From: an uncultured Phycisphaerales bacterium
GTDB taxonomy: Bacteria; Planctomycetota; Phycisphaerae; Tepidisphaerales; Tepidisphaeraceae
Reading direction: 5' to 3'
Length of the DNA: 64,000 nt
NCBI GenBank assembly: GCA_963758525.1
Contig: CAVWVQ010000001.1
Location: 256,001-320,000 of the forward strand
Within the stretch, counting starts at the first letter, position 1, and the number at the start of each line of letters is the position of its first letter. This document shows positions 15,569 through 25,597 of this stretch, piece by piece. A model generated the notes under the pieces. That model was not told the DNA's origin. It worked only from the letters and a program-made list of their open reading frames with translations, and ran no database searches. The translations under genes and the position numbers were made by a program.

Positions 15569-15633
15569 GCGTTGCCCGTCACGACTGCACGCGCCGACGA
15601 CGGAGCGGGAAAGACCGCGATCAAACTCGGAGG

Positions 15634-18600
15634 CTACACGTTGGGAGTTTGCGCCTGGCGCGTGCTGAGCGATGCCTGCAGGCGCGCGAGCCAGTCTTTG
15701 TTCAAGAGCGCATAGGGCCGGAACTTCTCCATGGTGCCCTGTTCTTCGCTGTAAGCAAGGGCGCGGTAGGCGCCGAGCTTGTTGCCGGCGGGGCTGTCGA
15801 TCAGGGCGCCCGAATCGTTGGCACTCATCTGGAACAGCACGCGGTGATCGAACTCGCGCATGATGCCGCGCTCGAATGTCCGGTCGATCGACACCGGCGT
15901 ATCGACCCAGATCAGGACATGCATCCCGTAAGTCGGGCCTTCGCGAATCACGTCGCTGAAAATTTTGTCTGGCGCGGCGGGCTTGTCGGGATCGGCGGCA
16001 GAGAAGCTGAAACCTGCGTCTTCGGTCTTTCGTAGAACGCGATAGCGCTGCAGCCCGTAGACGATTACGAAAACAAACGGGGCGGCGGTGAGGCCTTCAT
16101 CCTGCCGGCGCTTCAGTTCGACGCCAAGCTCGTTCATCGCTTCCCCGGCAAGGCGATACTCTACAAGCTTTATCTGGTGCGGCAGGGCTTCCTTCACTTT
16201 GGCGAAGACCTGCGCCAGCGGGGAATCAGCGGGGGTTCCATCAAAGATGACGAAACTTGCGGCCGAGGGCGGAAGCTGCAGCGTGAGGCTTGCGATGGAC
16301 GCGGCCATCAGGGCCATCGATCCCTCTTCGGCCTGACCGACGAGCATGGCGTTGGAGCCGCTTTGACGTCGGAAGGTGAGGGCGGTGGGATCCTTGATGG
16401 CAACCGGATCGCCCAGCCACGCCAGGGGGACGTTACCGGTTGGCGGCCAGACGGGGGAGGCGATGAGGGACTCCATCACGCGATTTTTGGTGATGTCGGC
16501 CGGGGCGTTTCCTTCGAAGACCAGCGGCTCGGGCTGCGAGACGCCCGCCTTTTTCGAAAGAGCCTGCACCTTGTCGAGGTAGCTATCCTTCTTTTCATCG
16601 GAGAGATAGGCGATTTGAAAAGGACTGTTGTTTTCGACGAGCCCGCCGGCGTCGTTGTAGATCGCTTCGCCGGGACGCGTGAGAAGCCGCGCGGCGGAGT
16701 TGTTGTCGCCGAGAATCAGTTGCGAGTCGGCTTCGGAGAGCTGCAGCGCGATGCGAACCGCCATCTGCCCCAGCGTGCTGCGGGAGAGCCCGCCCGCGCC
16801 GCCGATGGTTTGCGATCCGAGCAGGACGTGCATTCCGAAGGCACGGCCCTGCCGCACCAGGCGTTCGATGAGCAGATTCGAATCCTGCGAGAGCTTGTCA
16901 TCTTCGGAGAAGAATTCCTGGAATTCGTCCACCATCAGCAGCGTTCGCGGCATTTTTTCGGAGTCGGGTGTCTTGCGATAGGAGCTGAGGTCCTGCACTC
17001 CGGCTTTGCGAAAAAGATTGCCGCGGCGAGTCAGTTCCGCGTCGAGGCGCTGCAGCACGCTGATGCCAAACTCGCGGTCGCTCTCCACGGCGATCACCCG
17101 CGCATGGGGCAGTTCGTGGGTGGCGTACGTTTTGAACTCGACGCCCTTCTTGAAGTCGATCAGGTAAAACTCGACCTCGTCGGGGTTGTACCACATCGCG
17201 AGGTTGGTGATCATCGCGTGCAGCAGCGTTGATTTGCCCGAGCCGGTCTTGCCCGCGATCAGCGCGTGCTGGGCGACGCCTTTGCCCAGGCGAAGCATCT
17301 GCAGGCGGGTTGCGCCCATGCGCCCGATGGGAACCCGCAGCTCGTCGCGGGTGCTGAGCGTCCAGAATTCCTCGGGCTTGGGCGCGATGGTCTCAAACGC
17401 GAGCTCGACGCGCTTCGATTCCTTGGCGAGCTTGCCCACTTCATTGAGGATCTTGGTGAGAAACTCTTCGCTGGGGGGCGGATCGAGCGTCAGCGGGAAC
17501 TGGCTGAAGACCTCGTCCTTCCAGATAAACCGCGCCGGCGTTCCCGCCGGCGCCTCCGGCGCTTGGGCGCCTCGACGATGCTGATGCTCCGCGACTCCAC
17601 GTCGTCCATGTGCGTCCCGGCGGGCAATGCCACGCGCATGTCGCGCATCATGAGGATGAAGACGCCGCAGCGGGCCCCGCTGCTGGCGATGCTGTTGAGC
17701 CGGCGATAACTCTCCCCCTCGAACCGCACGGGAAAATCCGCGATCACCAGATACCGATACGGCTCGGCAAGCTCGCCGGCCTGCGCGTTGTATTCGTCGA
17801 TCGTTTCGTATTCGTTTCGCAGGTATTTCTGAATGACCGTTTCCATGTGCTCGGTCAGATCGCCCAGCCGCTGCTCGATCTGCTCGGCATCGGTCCAGAT
17901 GCGGGTGCCGACCAGCGCCTCGTCGTAATCGGCAAGATGCATGAAGCCCGCGAAATTTTCGCCCAGCCCCACAGGATCGATGATGGTGAACTGCACGCGA
18001 CCCGGCGGCACCGTGGTCAGCAGGCGCACCATCACCATCTGCAGCGCCCGCACGGCTTCGTCACGCCCGCCGCGCGATGCTTCGATCAGCAGCGATGCGT
18101 GATTGGGATACGTGAGCAGCGCCGGCAGAATGAACGACTCGGGCAGCGGCAGCGTGAACTGCGAATCGCGCGGCAACGTGTCGATGATCTTCTTCGGATC
18201 GACGTGCAGTTCGCCAAAGCGGACGGCCGGAGGAAAAAGCCTGGGGGCTTTCCAGTTTTGCCAGATCCGATCGTCCCAGCCGGGAAAGCTGGGCGTGCCT
18301 TGCGATTCACCCATGGGGGCGTTGATGCGCGTCAGGCCCTGCGACCACTTCTCTTCCAAAGCTTTGCGAGCATCGGCGAATTGCTGCTGCGACTTGCAGA
18401 CCTGCTCGTCATACCTGGCCTTGTGCGCCGCGATTTCCTGCCGCTGGCGCTCGGCAAGATCGGCGGTTTCCTGCTCGATGGTCTTGCGCGCCTCGGCGCG
18501 GGCCCGTTGGATGTTCCCGCTGATTCGGGCAAGCTTCGCCTGCACCTGCGAATCAATCGACGCGATGTCCGCCGCCCGCTGCTTTTCCGTGTTCGCCAAA

Positions 18601-19605
18601 ACCGGGGCAATCTTCTCCTTGGCTTTGGCGACCTCGGCATTGCGCTTTTGCGTGGCCTCTTCGAGGTTCCGGCTCTGCTCGGCGTTGATCCGCTCGAGCC
18701 GCAAGGCGGCGGCCTTCTGGGCGACCGCCTTGGCATTGAGAAATTCCAGATATGTTTTGCGCGACTGCTTGCTCCCAAGCGAGAACATGAGAAATCCGAG
18801 TATCGCGCCCAGGACGATCGCGATGGCAATTGCCGTACACGCCCCGGTGATGTCGTCGTAGAGATATCCGCCGATCCCGGCAAGGACCAGGAACAACCCC
18901 AGCGCGAGGTAGGGCCACGCACCGACGAAAAAGCTCGGCAGTGTTAGCTTGCGCAAATCCGCAACATATTGCTCGGTGACTACCGCCGCGTGCGTGAATA
19001 CCGTTTCCACATCCCCCGGCACCGGCGGGTCAACTTCCGGGGCCTCGGGAACCTTGTGGTGGTATCGTTCCAGCAGCGCCTCGGGCGCGACTTTCCATCT
19101 CCGCGAGCGTGTCCAGGAGCTTGTCGTTCTCCGCCTTGGCCTTCTTCAGATTGGCCTTGACCTGATTCTGGCTGACCTCGAAAACGCTGTCAGCCAGCCA
19201 GATGTCCTGGTTGAGCTTTTCCTTGATCTTGCGGACGATCGGATCGTGACCCGCCTGCACTTTCTGACGGGAGTTCTCCTCCGCATTCCGCAGCGCCGCG
19301 GAGTCTGACTGGTGCTTTGCCTCGACCGCGCCGAGGCTGGCCTGATGCTGCTGCGCAAGCTCGCTGGTTTCTGCCTGCTGACGCTGCTGGATCTGGTTGA
19401 GGCCCTTGTCGAACTGTCTTTTGGCAGTCTCCAGCTCGGTCTGACGCCGGCGAGCGATCTCCGATTCTTCCGCCGCACATTGCGTCGCCAGCTCAACCAG
19501 CTCCCGCAGCGCCTCGCGCTGGCGATCGCGATGCGTGGGGGCTTCGCCTTCCGGAGAGCCGTTGGTTTCCATTTCATTGCGAACTTGAGTCGTCATGTTC
19601 ATCAT
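15634..19605 (-). CDS. FtsK/SpoIIIE (EccC/EssC-like) ATPase, about 1320 aa, split by two frameshifts (~19083, ~17565)
   Basis: Coiled coil, two TM helices, coiled coil, degenerate ATPase domain (IIDPVGLGENF), intact ATPase domain (GKTGSGKS, LIDFKKGVEF, LLMVDEFQ, RQGRAFGMH), third degenerate domain. Confidence 0.9.
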
Positions 19606-19826
19606 CCTGCGTCGTCGCTGCAGTCCCGCCGCACGGTGGTCAGGATCTGGGCCATCGTGTCCATCGCGGAAGTGGCGGCGCGAACATCCATTTCCAACGC
19701 GACCAGAAATCGCTTCTCAAAATTCTGACTCACCGAATCGTCCCAATCCCCCTTGGTTTCCGCCCAGCACGCCAACAGCTCTTTCGTGGCCTTGGCAAGT
19801 TGCCCGCGTCCTTCGTAAACACCCAT
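19602..19826 (-). CDS. Small WXG100-like helical protein (WDD motif)
   Basis: 74 aa, helix-W-x-D-helix; overlaps the FtsK start. Confidence 0.7.
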   Translation of the reverse strand: MGVYEGRGQLAKATKELLACWAETKGDWDDSVSQNFEKRFLVALEMDVRAATSAMDTMAQILTTVRRDCSDDAG

Positions 19827-19915
19827 GAGACACCGTCCTCACTCGTTCATCTTTGTGGTGCGGGCTTCCAGCCTGCATCAGGGACTAGCAGGCAGAAAGC
19901 CTCCATCATAAATAC

Positions 19916-21061
19916 TCATTGCCCGCCGGGAGAAGGAACCAGAACTTGAGCATGGGCCGCCTCCCCGGAAGTTGTGCCCTCGGCCGTGGGCGCGGCGCTA
20001 TCGGTCGCTTGCGCCGGCGCTGCTCCCGCCGGCGCGGCCGGCTTCCAAAGGTCCTCGTCGCGCGGGCCGAGGACGGCGACCACGCCGCCTCCGTCGAGCA
20101 CCACGAGAAATCCCTTTGGGAAAGCGAGCACGTCGGCAAGGTCGGGCCGTGGCGTAAGCAAATCCGACACGTTTAAACCGCCGCCGGCCGCAAAAATCCC
20201 ATCATCGGCGCGGCCCAGATACCAGCCGCTGTCTCCCGGAAACGCGATATCGAGTCGTTCGAGATAAATCCGGCTGGCAGTGTCGAGGTCCTTCGCCACC
20301 ACAATCTTGGCCTGCGGATCGGCAGGAGTTACTTCCGTCGACAGCTTGCGCAGTGAGTCCAGCTCAACGTTGGACAGACGCGCAGCCCGCAGTTGCACGG
20401 CCGAAGGATTGGAAGACGCGGCGCTGCGGCCCGCGCCGTCGGGAGTGCGGGAGCGCAGATGTGCCCATTGGCTGCGCCCTGCGCCGGCGTCGCCGCCGCC
20501 GCGAGACATCGACAGCTCGGCGCCGATGGCCGAACTCACGAGCCTTTCGCTGTCACCGACGCCCGCGACGCTCGGCGCGGAGACCGCGGCATACGCCTCG
20601 AGCATCGCGATGATCCGGCTCAACTGCGCCCCGGCCGTCGGCACTTCCGATTGCAGCGCCGTCGCAAGCCGTTGCGCCTGGCCCTTGTAGAGCAGAATGT
20701 CCTTGGGAAGCTTGCGGCTGTGCGACATCACCAGCTTGCATTTTTCCTCCCCCTGCGCGAGCCGCCTCAAGGCAACCACCAACGCCTTCTCTTCGTCCAC
20801 CGCCGATCCCGGGCGTCCGTCGGCGCCCTTGAAAAGCTTCTTCATCCGCACGGCTTCCTTGGCGCGCGTGACCTCTTCCTGCCGCTTGCGCATCTGAAAC
20901 GTCCAGTAGCTTTGCTGATCGCGCTCGAGCCATCCCATAATGCGCGACATCTCCCCCTCGGCGTCGGCCAGCGCCACGTCCGCCGTCTCGGCAAATTTAT
21001 AGAGTGCTGTCCGAAATGCCCGAAGGGCATCAAACGAACCCACTTTCGCGCCAACGGCCAT
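19916..21061 (-). CDS. Helical-bundle protein with C-terminal Imm33/DUF2185-like domain
   Basis: N-terminal ~160 aa helical region ending LEAY; C-terminal GDSGWYLG...RPDLADVLAFPKGF. Confidence 0.7.
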   Translation of the reverse strand: MAVGAKVGSFDALRAFRTALYKFAETADVALADAEGEMSRIMGWLERDQQSYWTFQMRKRQEEVTRAKEAVRMKKLFKGADGRPGSAVDEEKALVVALRRLAQGEEKCKLVMSHSRKLPKDILLYKGQAQRLATALQSEVPTAGAQLSRIIAMLEAYAAVSAPSVAGVGDSERLVSSAIGAELSMSRGGGDAGAGRSQWAHLRSRTPDGAGRSAASSNPSAVQLRAARLSNVELDSLRKLSTEVTPADPQAKIVVAKDLDTASRIYLERLDIAFPGDSGWYLGRADDGIFAAGGGLNVSDLLTPRPDLADVLAFPKGFLVVLDGGGVVAVLGPRDEDLWKPAAPAGAAPAQATDSAAPTAEGTTSGEAAHAQVLVPSPGGQ

Positions 21062-21069
21062 AATCTGCC

Positions 21070-21342
21070 CTACCGCTGCTTAAGGTAATCTTCGATCAAC
21101 CCGGCCTTCTTGGCGAGGCTTGACGCATGCTGGTGCGACGCCTCGATAAAGGTCCCCAGAGTCTTCATCGTCTGGTCGAAGAACTCGGAAAACTTCCGCT
21201 GCTCCTGGTCGCGCCATGTGCTCTCGAGCGAGCGCATGCGGGAGTTGAGCCCGCCGACCAGCGACTGCAACTCGGTGTTGAAACGATTCAGATCCTGCGC
21301 GAAACGCCGAAGCTCCGCCGGATCGACATGCGCTTTGCCCAT
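21070..21342 (-). CDS. WXG100/ESAT-6-like protein (WRD motif)
   Basis: 90 aa; VDPAELRRFA...WRDQEQRKF...IEDYL; GGAG RBS. Confidence 0.88.
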   Translation of the reverse strand: MGKAHVDPAELRRFAQDLNRFNTELQSLVGGLNSRMRSLESTWRDQEQRKFSEFFDQTMKTLGTFIEASHQHASSLAKKAGLIEDYLKQR

Positions 21343-21398
21343 AACCACTCCAATCGTTCAGCCGCCAACGAGCGAACCGCCATCGCGGGTGCTCCATA

Positions 21399-21426
21399 AG
21401 TATACCCATGCAGGCTCGCTTGCGAA
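21399..21426 (-). promoter_or_regulatory. Possible promoter of the WXG100 operon
   Basis: TTCGCA-16 bp-TATACT on the minus strand. Confidence 0.35.
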
Positions 21427-21552
21427 GGTAAATTGAATGTCGGAACAGGATAATCTTTGCGACAGCCCTGGGTATGAGCAGCTTCCATGAGGTTGCGCCT
21501 GCCATCTGGTGGCATGCGTCACATGTGGACGTCTCGTTTTAAAGCAGAAATG

Positions 21553-21658
21553 TCCAAGGCCCAATGGCCAACAGAGCACCAGACCCCAAGGCCCAAGGTC
21601 GGCTCTCCCTTTGGTCATGGCGGCTTGGGATTTTGTTGGCCATTGGGCATTGGGCATT
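21553..21658. repeat. Heptamer tandem repeats (CCCAAGG/CCCAATG) with inverted partner
   Basis: ccaaggcccaatggccaa...ttggccattgggcattgggcatt. Confidence 0.7.
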
Positions 21659-21728
21659 TCTTCGTCTTCGTCGTCTGGTAACCCCGGCAGTTTCTTTGCA
21701 GAGTCGTTCGCGATTATGATCCCCCGCA

Positions 21729-22696
21729 ATGACCCAGGGGCCCCAGCCGAGCGAATTGCTTGCACTTGACGGCATCTACGTTGCGTTTCCGAATCTGGTG
21801 GCCGTGCGGAATGTGTCATTCGCTCTGCATGGGGGCGAACTGCTGGGATTGATTGGCGCCAACGGGGCGGGCAAGACGACGCTGCTGCGTGCCGCTGCGG
21901 CGATTCAGCCGGTCGCGCGCGGAGCGGTCCGCGTTCTCGGCGAGCGTCTGGTCACCGCCGACAGCGAATTGCGACATCACCTGGGTTTCACGCCCGACAC
22001 CCCGCCGCTGTACGAGGCGCTGACCGTGCGCGATTTCCTCATGTTCATCGCCATGGGGTACAACCTCTCCACCGCCGAGGCGAACGAACGGATCGACTTC
22101 TGGCTGGAAAAAGTCTGGCTCACGGAGAAGGCGGGGCAGAAGATTTCCGGACTGTCGCGCGGCATGCGCCAACGCGTCGGGCTGGCGCGCACCCTACTCC
22201 CCAATCCGCACGTCGTTCTGCTCGACGAGCCGGCGGCGGGACTCGATCCGGCCGGTCGCGTGCAATTCCGCGAATTGCTCCGCACGCTGCGCGAGCAGGG
22301 CAAGGCAATTATCGTTTCTTCGCACATTCTTTCGGACATGGCCGAGTATTGCACGCATATCGCGATCATGGCGAAGGGGTCGCTGGTGCAGTACGGGACC
22401 ATCAGTGAAATTACCGGCGCGCTCACGGCCGACAGCGGCGCGCGACGGCGTCGATATTTCCTTCAGCTTGCCTGTGGCGCGCCCGGGCGCGGGATATTTT
22501 GGCGGCGATGGAGGGCGTGGATCAAATCGACGCCAATCATCAATCGATCAGCTTTGACTTCAGCGCCGAGCCCCCGAAAGCGGCGGCGCTGCTGGGGCAA
22601 TTGATTGCCAGGGGGATGCCGATCGCGGCGTTCGCGCCTGCGTCGCATGATCTGGAAGCCGCGTATCTGCGAGCCGGCGTCGCACAGGTGGATTGA
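21729..22696 (+). CDS. ABC transporter ATP-binding protein (frameshift ~22485)
   Basis: GANGAGKTT, LSRGMRQR and LLDEP motifs; C-terminus continues in ORF 22499-22696. Confidence 0.9.
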
Positions 22697-22714
22697 TCAG
22701 TCCGGGAGGTGTCC

Positions 22715-24166
22715 ATGTCACAGATGCTGGTGATCGACAATGCGATCGGGTGGGCTCATCTGCGTTTGCGGGGAGGATGGCGCAACCTGCTGGCCGTCGG
22801 CGGCGTTGCCGCGGCGCTCGCGGCGGCGCTGTGGCTGCTGGTCCCGCGCATCTTTGGCATATCGCAATGGAACTTTGCCACCGTCATGCTCAATGGAACG
22901 CTCGGGCTGGAAATACTTCTGTGGGTCATCCTGATCCCCCACCGCATTGGCGCGGCCGTCAAGGCAGACGTTGCCTCGCGGATGATGGAGTCGCATCGGC
23001 TCATGCCGATCACCGCAGTCGAGGCGATCGTCGGCTATCTGCTGGGGCCGCCCAGCGTGCTGCTGGCAACCGCGCTGGTGGCCGCCGCCGCGGGCGCGTT
23101 CGCGGCCGCGTCGCTGGGAATCGCAGTCGATCGTTATCTGCTGGCACTCTTTCTGATCGCATCCCTGGGAGGTCTGGTCGCAGTCGTCTCGCTCTTCTGC
23201 TCGTTCGTCGGAAAAATCGGCGCTGCGGTTGGCCTGATTATTTTCGTCCCGATGCTGTTTGCTCATCAGGTGATCGGGACGGTGCTTCCGCCGCTGGTGG
23301 TGCTCAGCGGGCCGTTCATGCGCAAGACCGTCTTCTCGATGCAGGCTGGCTCCGACCTGCTGCGTCCTTACGTCATCTGCGAAATCGCGCAGTTCTCCAT
23401 CGGCGCTCTCTTTTTCGCGGCCGCCGCCCGGCGCTACCGGCGGCCCGAGCGAGCCGGATTCACGCCGCTGATGGGACTGTTGCTGCTGCTCATCTGGCTG
23501 GCCATCTCATGGACGGGAATCGTGCACTGGTCGGAATTCGCCTGGCGACGCATGTATTTTGAGGAGGCCGACGCCATCGCCCAGTGGCTGGCCTGCGGCA
23601 TCTCAGGATTGATGCTCGCCCTGCTTCCGCTGGCCGCGACGGCACGACTCGAAAACGCCGCCGCTCTCGCGCGCAGGCTTCAAACCGCCGCCCCATCCCG
23701 GCGAACGGTCCCCGGCCCGCTGCTCGCGCTCCTCGCGGCGGCGGCAATCGCCGCCCTCCCGGTCTTGTGCTTGCACATCACTGCCTCCGACCGGCGCGTT
23801 CCAATGACATTCCTCATCTTCGCGGCATTCCTGCTGCAGATGTACTTTCTCCTTCGCATCACCACCCGTCTCGGTTCCGGTTCGATTCTGCTGACTGTTT
23901 GGGTTCTCATCGTCCTTGCCGGCCCGGTCATCGCGGGATTGATCGCCATCGCAATGGCCGACAATTCCCCCCGGCTCGACGAAGCCCTTCCCGGAGCGCT
24001 GTGCGCCGGCAGCCCACTCGGCGCATTGATCCAGCTATGGACCGGCGGGACCGCAAATCGGCAGCCTGGCATCGCTTTTCTGATTGCGCTGACCGTCGCA
24101 GCCGCGGGTTTGTTCCTGGGGAGTCTGCGAAAGAAACGGACGACCGCCCAAGCGCACGCAGCATAA
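22715..24166 (+). CDS. ABC-2-type permease / multi-TM membrane protein
   Basis: Many TM segments; follows the ABC ATPase. Confidence 0.8.
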   Translation: MSQMLVIDNAIGWAHLRLRGGWRNLLAVGGVAAALAAALWLLVPRIFGISQWNFATVMLNGTLGLEILLWVILIPHRIGAAVKADVASRMMESHRLMPITAVEAIVGYLLGPPSVLLATALVAAAAGAFAAASLGIAVDRYLLALFLIASLGGLVAVVSLFCSFVGKIGAAVGLIIFVPMLFAHQVIGTVLPPLVVLSGPFMRKTVFSMQAGSDLLRPYVICEIAQFSIGALFFAAAARRYRRPERAGFTPLMGLLLLLIWLAISWTGIVHWSEFAWRRMYFEEADAIAQWLACGISGLMLALLPLAATARLENAAALARRLQTAAPSRRTVPGPLLALLAAAAIAALPVLCLHITASDRRVPMTFLIFAAFLLQMYFLLRITTRLGSGSILLTVWVLIVLAGPVIAGLIAIAMADNSPRLDEALPGALCAGSPLGALIQLWTGGTANRQPGIAFLIALTVAAAGLFLGSLRKKRTTAQAHAA

Positions 24167-24249
24167 AGGTCCTTAGGTATATTCCGCCCGCGTCCCAATC
24201 CCGCTAAGCATTGGCCCCCGGCACTCTCCGATCGTATATTCCCCCACCT

Positions 24250-25343
24250 ATGGCACTGGAAGTCGGTATCGTCGGACTGCCCAACGTGGGCAAAAGCACC
24301 ATCTTTAACGCGCTCACCGCGGCCGGTGCGCTGGCGGCAAATTATCCGTTTGCAACCATCGAGCCCAACGTCGGCGTCGTGCCCGTCCCGGATGCACGAT
24401 TGAGCATCATCAACGAATTTCAGAAAACAGAGAAGATCATCCCGGCCGCGCTGCGCGTGGTGGATATTGCCGGCATCGTCCGCGGCGCCAGCACCGGGGA
24501 AGGACTGGGCAACAAGTTTCTCTCCCACATTCGCGAGGTCGATGCCGTTCTGCATGTCGTGCGCTGCTTCGCCGGCGGCGACGTCATTCATGTGGAAGGT
24601 TCCGTCGAGCCGATCCGCGACATCGAAACGATTGACACGGAGCTGATGCTCGCCGATCTGGAAACGGTGGAATCATCGCTGGATAAAGTGATCCGGCTCG
24701 CCAAGAGCGGAGACAAGGACGCGATCGTTCGCGCCGATATTCTCAAGCGGCGCAGTCGAGCCTCAATGCCGGCACGCCCGTTCGCGAACTCGAATTTTCT
24801 CCTGAAGAACGAAAGCTGCTTCGGCCGTTGGGTCTGATCACGGCAAAGAAAGTGCTGTACGTGGCGAATGTCGACGAGACAGATCTTCACGGTCAGGGGC
24901 CGCTCGTCGCCGCGGTCCGCGAACGAGCCGCCAAGGAAGGCGGCGGCGTGGTCCCGGTCTGCGGCAAGCTCGAGAGCGAGCTGGCCGAGCTGGACGCCGC
25001 CGATCGCGCCGAGATGCTCTCCAGCATGGGGCTGACGGAGCCCGCGCTGGCGGCGCTGGCCCGGGAGGCGTACCGCCTTCTCGGTTTGCACAGCTATTTC
25101 ACCGCCGGCCCCAAGGAAATCCGCGCCTGGACCATTCCGATCGGCGCCACCGCGCCGCAAGCCGCCGGCGTCATCCACACCGATTTTGAGCGCGGGTTCA
25201 TCCGCGCCGAAATCTACACGCTCGACGATCTGCGGCAATACAAGACCGAGGCGGCGATCAAAGCCGCCGGGAAGCTGCGGGCGGAAGGGAAGAGCTATGT
25301 GATGAAGGACGGGGATATCACGCATTTCCTTTTCAATGTCTGA
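24250..25343 (+). CDS. ychF: Ribosome-binding ATPase YchF (frameshift ~24755)
   Basis: [33 protein letters not shown] and [13 protein letters not shown] motifs. Confidence 0.96.
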
Positions 25344-25413
25344 TGGAGATGGGGCAAGGAGTCAGAAGCCAGAAGTCAGAAGCAAGAAGGACAAAGGAAA
25401 GCCTTCTGTTGAT

Positions 25414-25487
25414 CGCAGCCGGCAGGATTCGAACCTGCGACCGGCGGATTAGAAATCCGCTGCTCTATCCAACTGAGCTACGGCTGC
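25414..25487 (-). tRNA. tRNA-Arg(TCT)
   Basis: GCAGCCG/CGGCTGC acceptor stem, GCGGA-TTTCTAA-TCCGC anticodon arm. Confidence 0.96.
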
Positions 25488-25597
25488 CGCGGGCCGGATT
25501 GTATTGAAATGGCAATACAGAGCCAGAAGCGCCAACTCGCCTGAGCTTCTGCGAGCACCACGCATCCGATCCAATTCTTGCTCCTGACTTCTCCCAG

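Noticed and set aside
25414..25487. tRNA-Arg as an island integration site
   Set aside because: No duplicated tRNA 3' end or integrase found in the window
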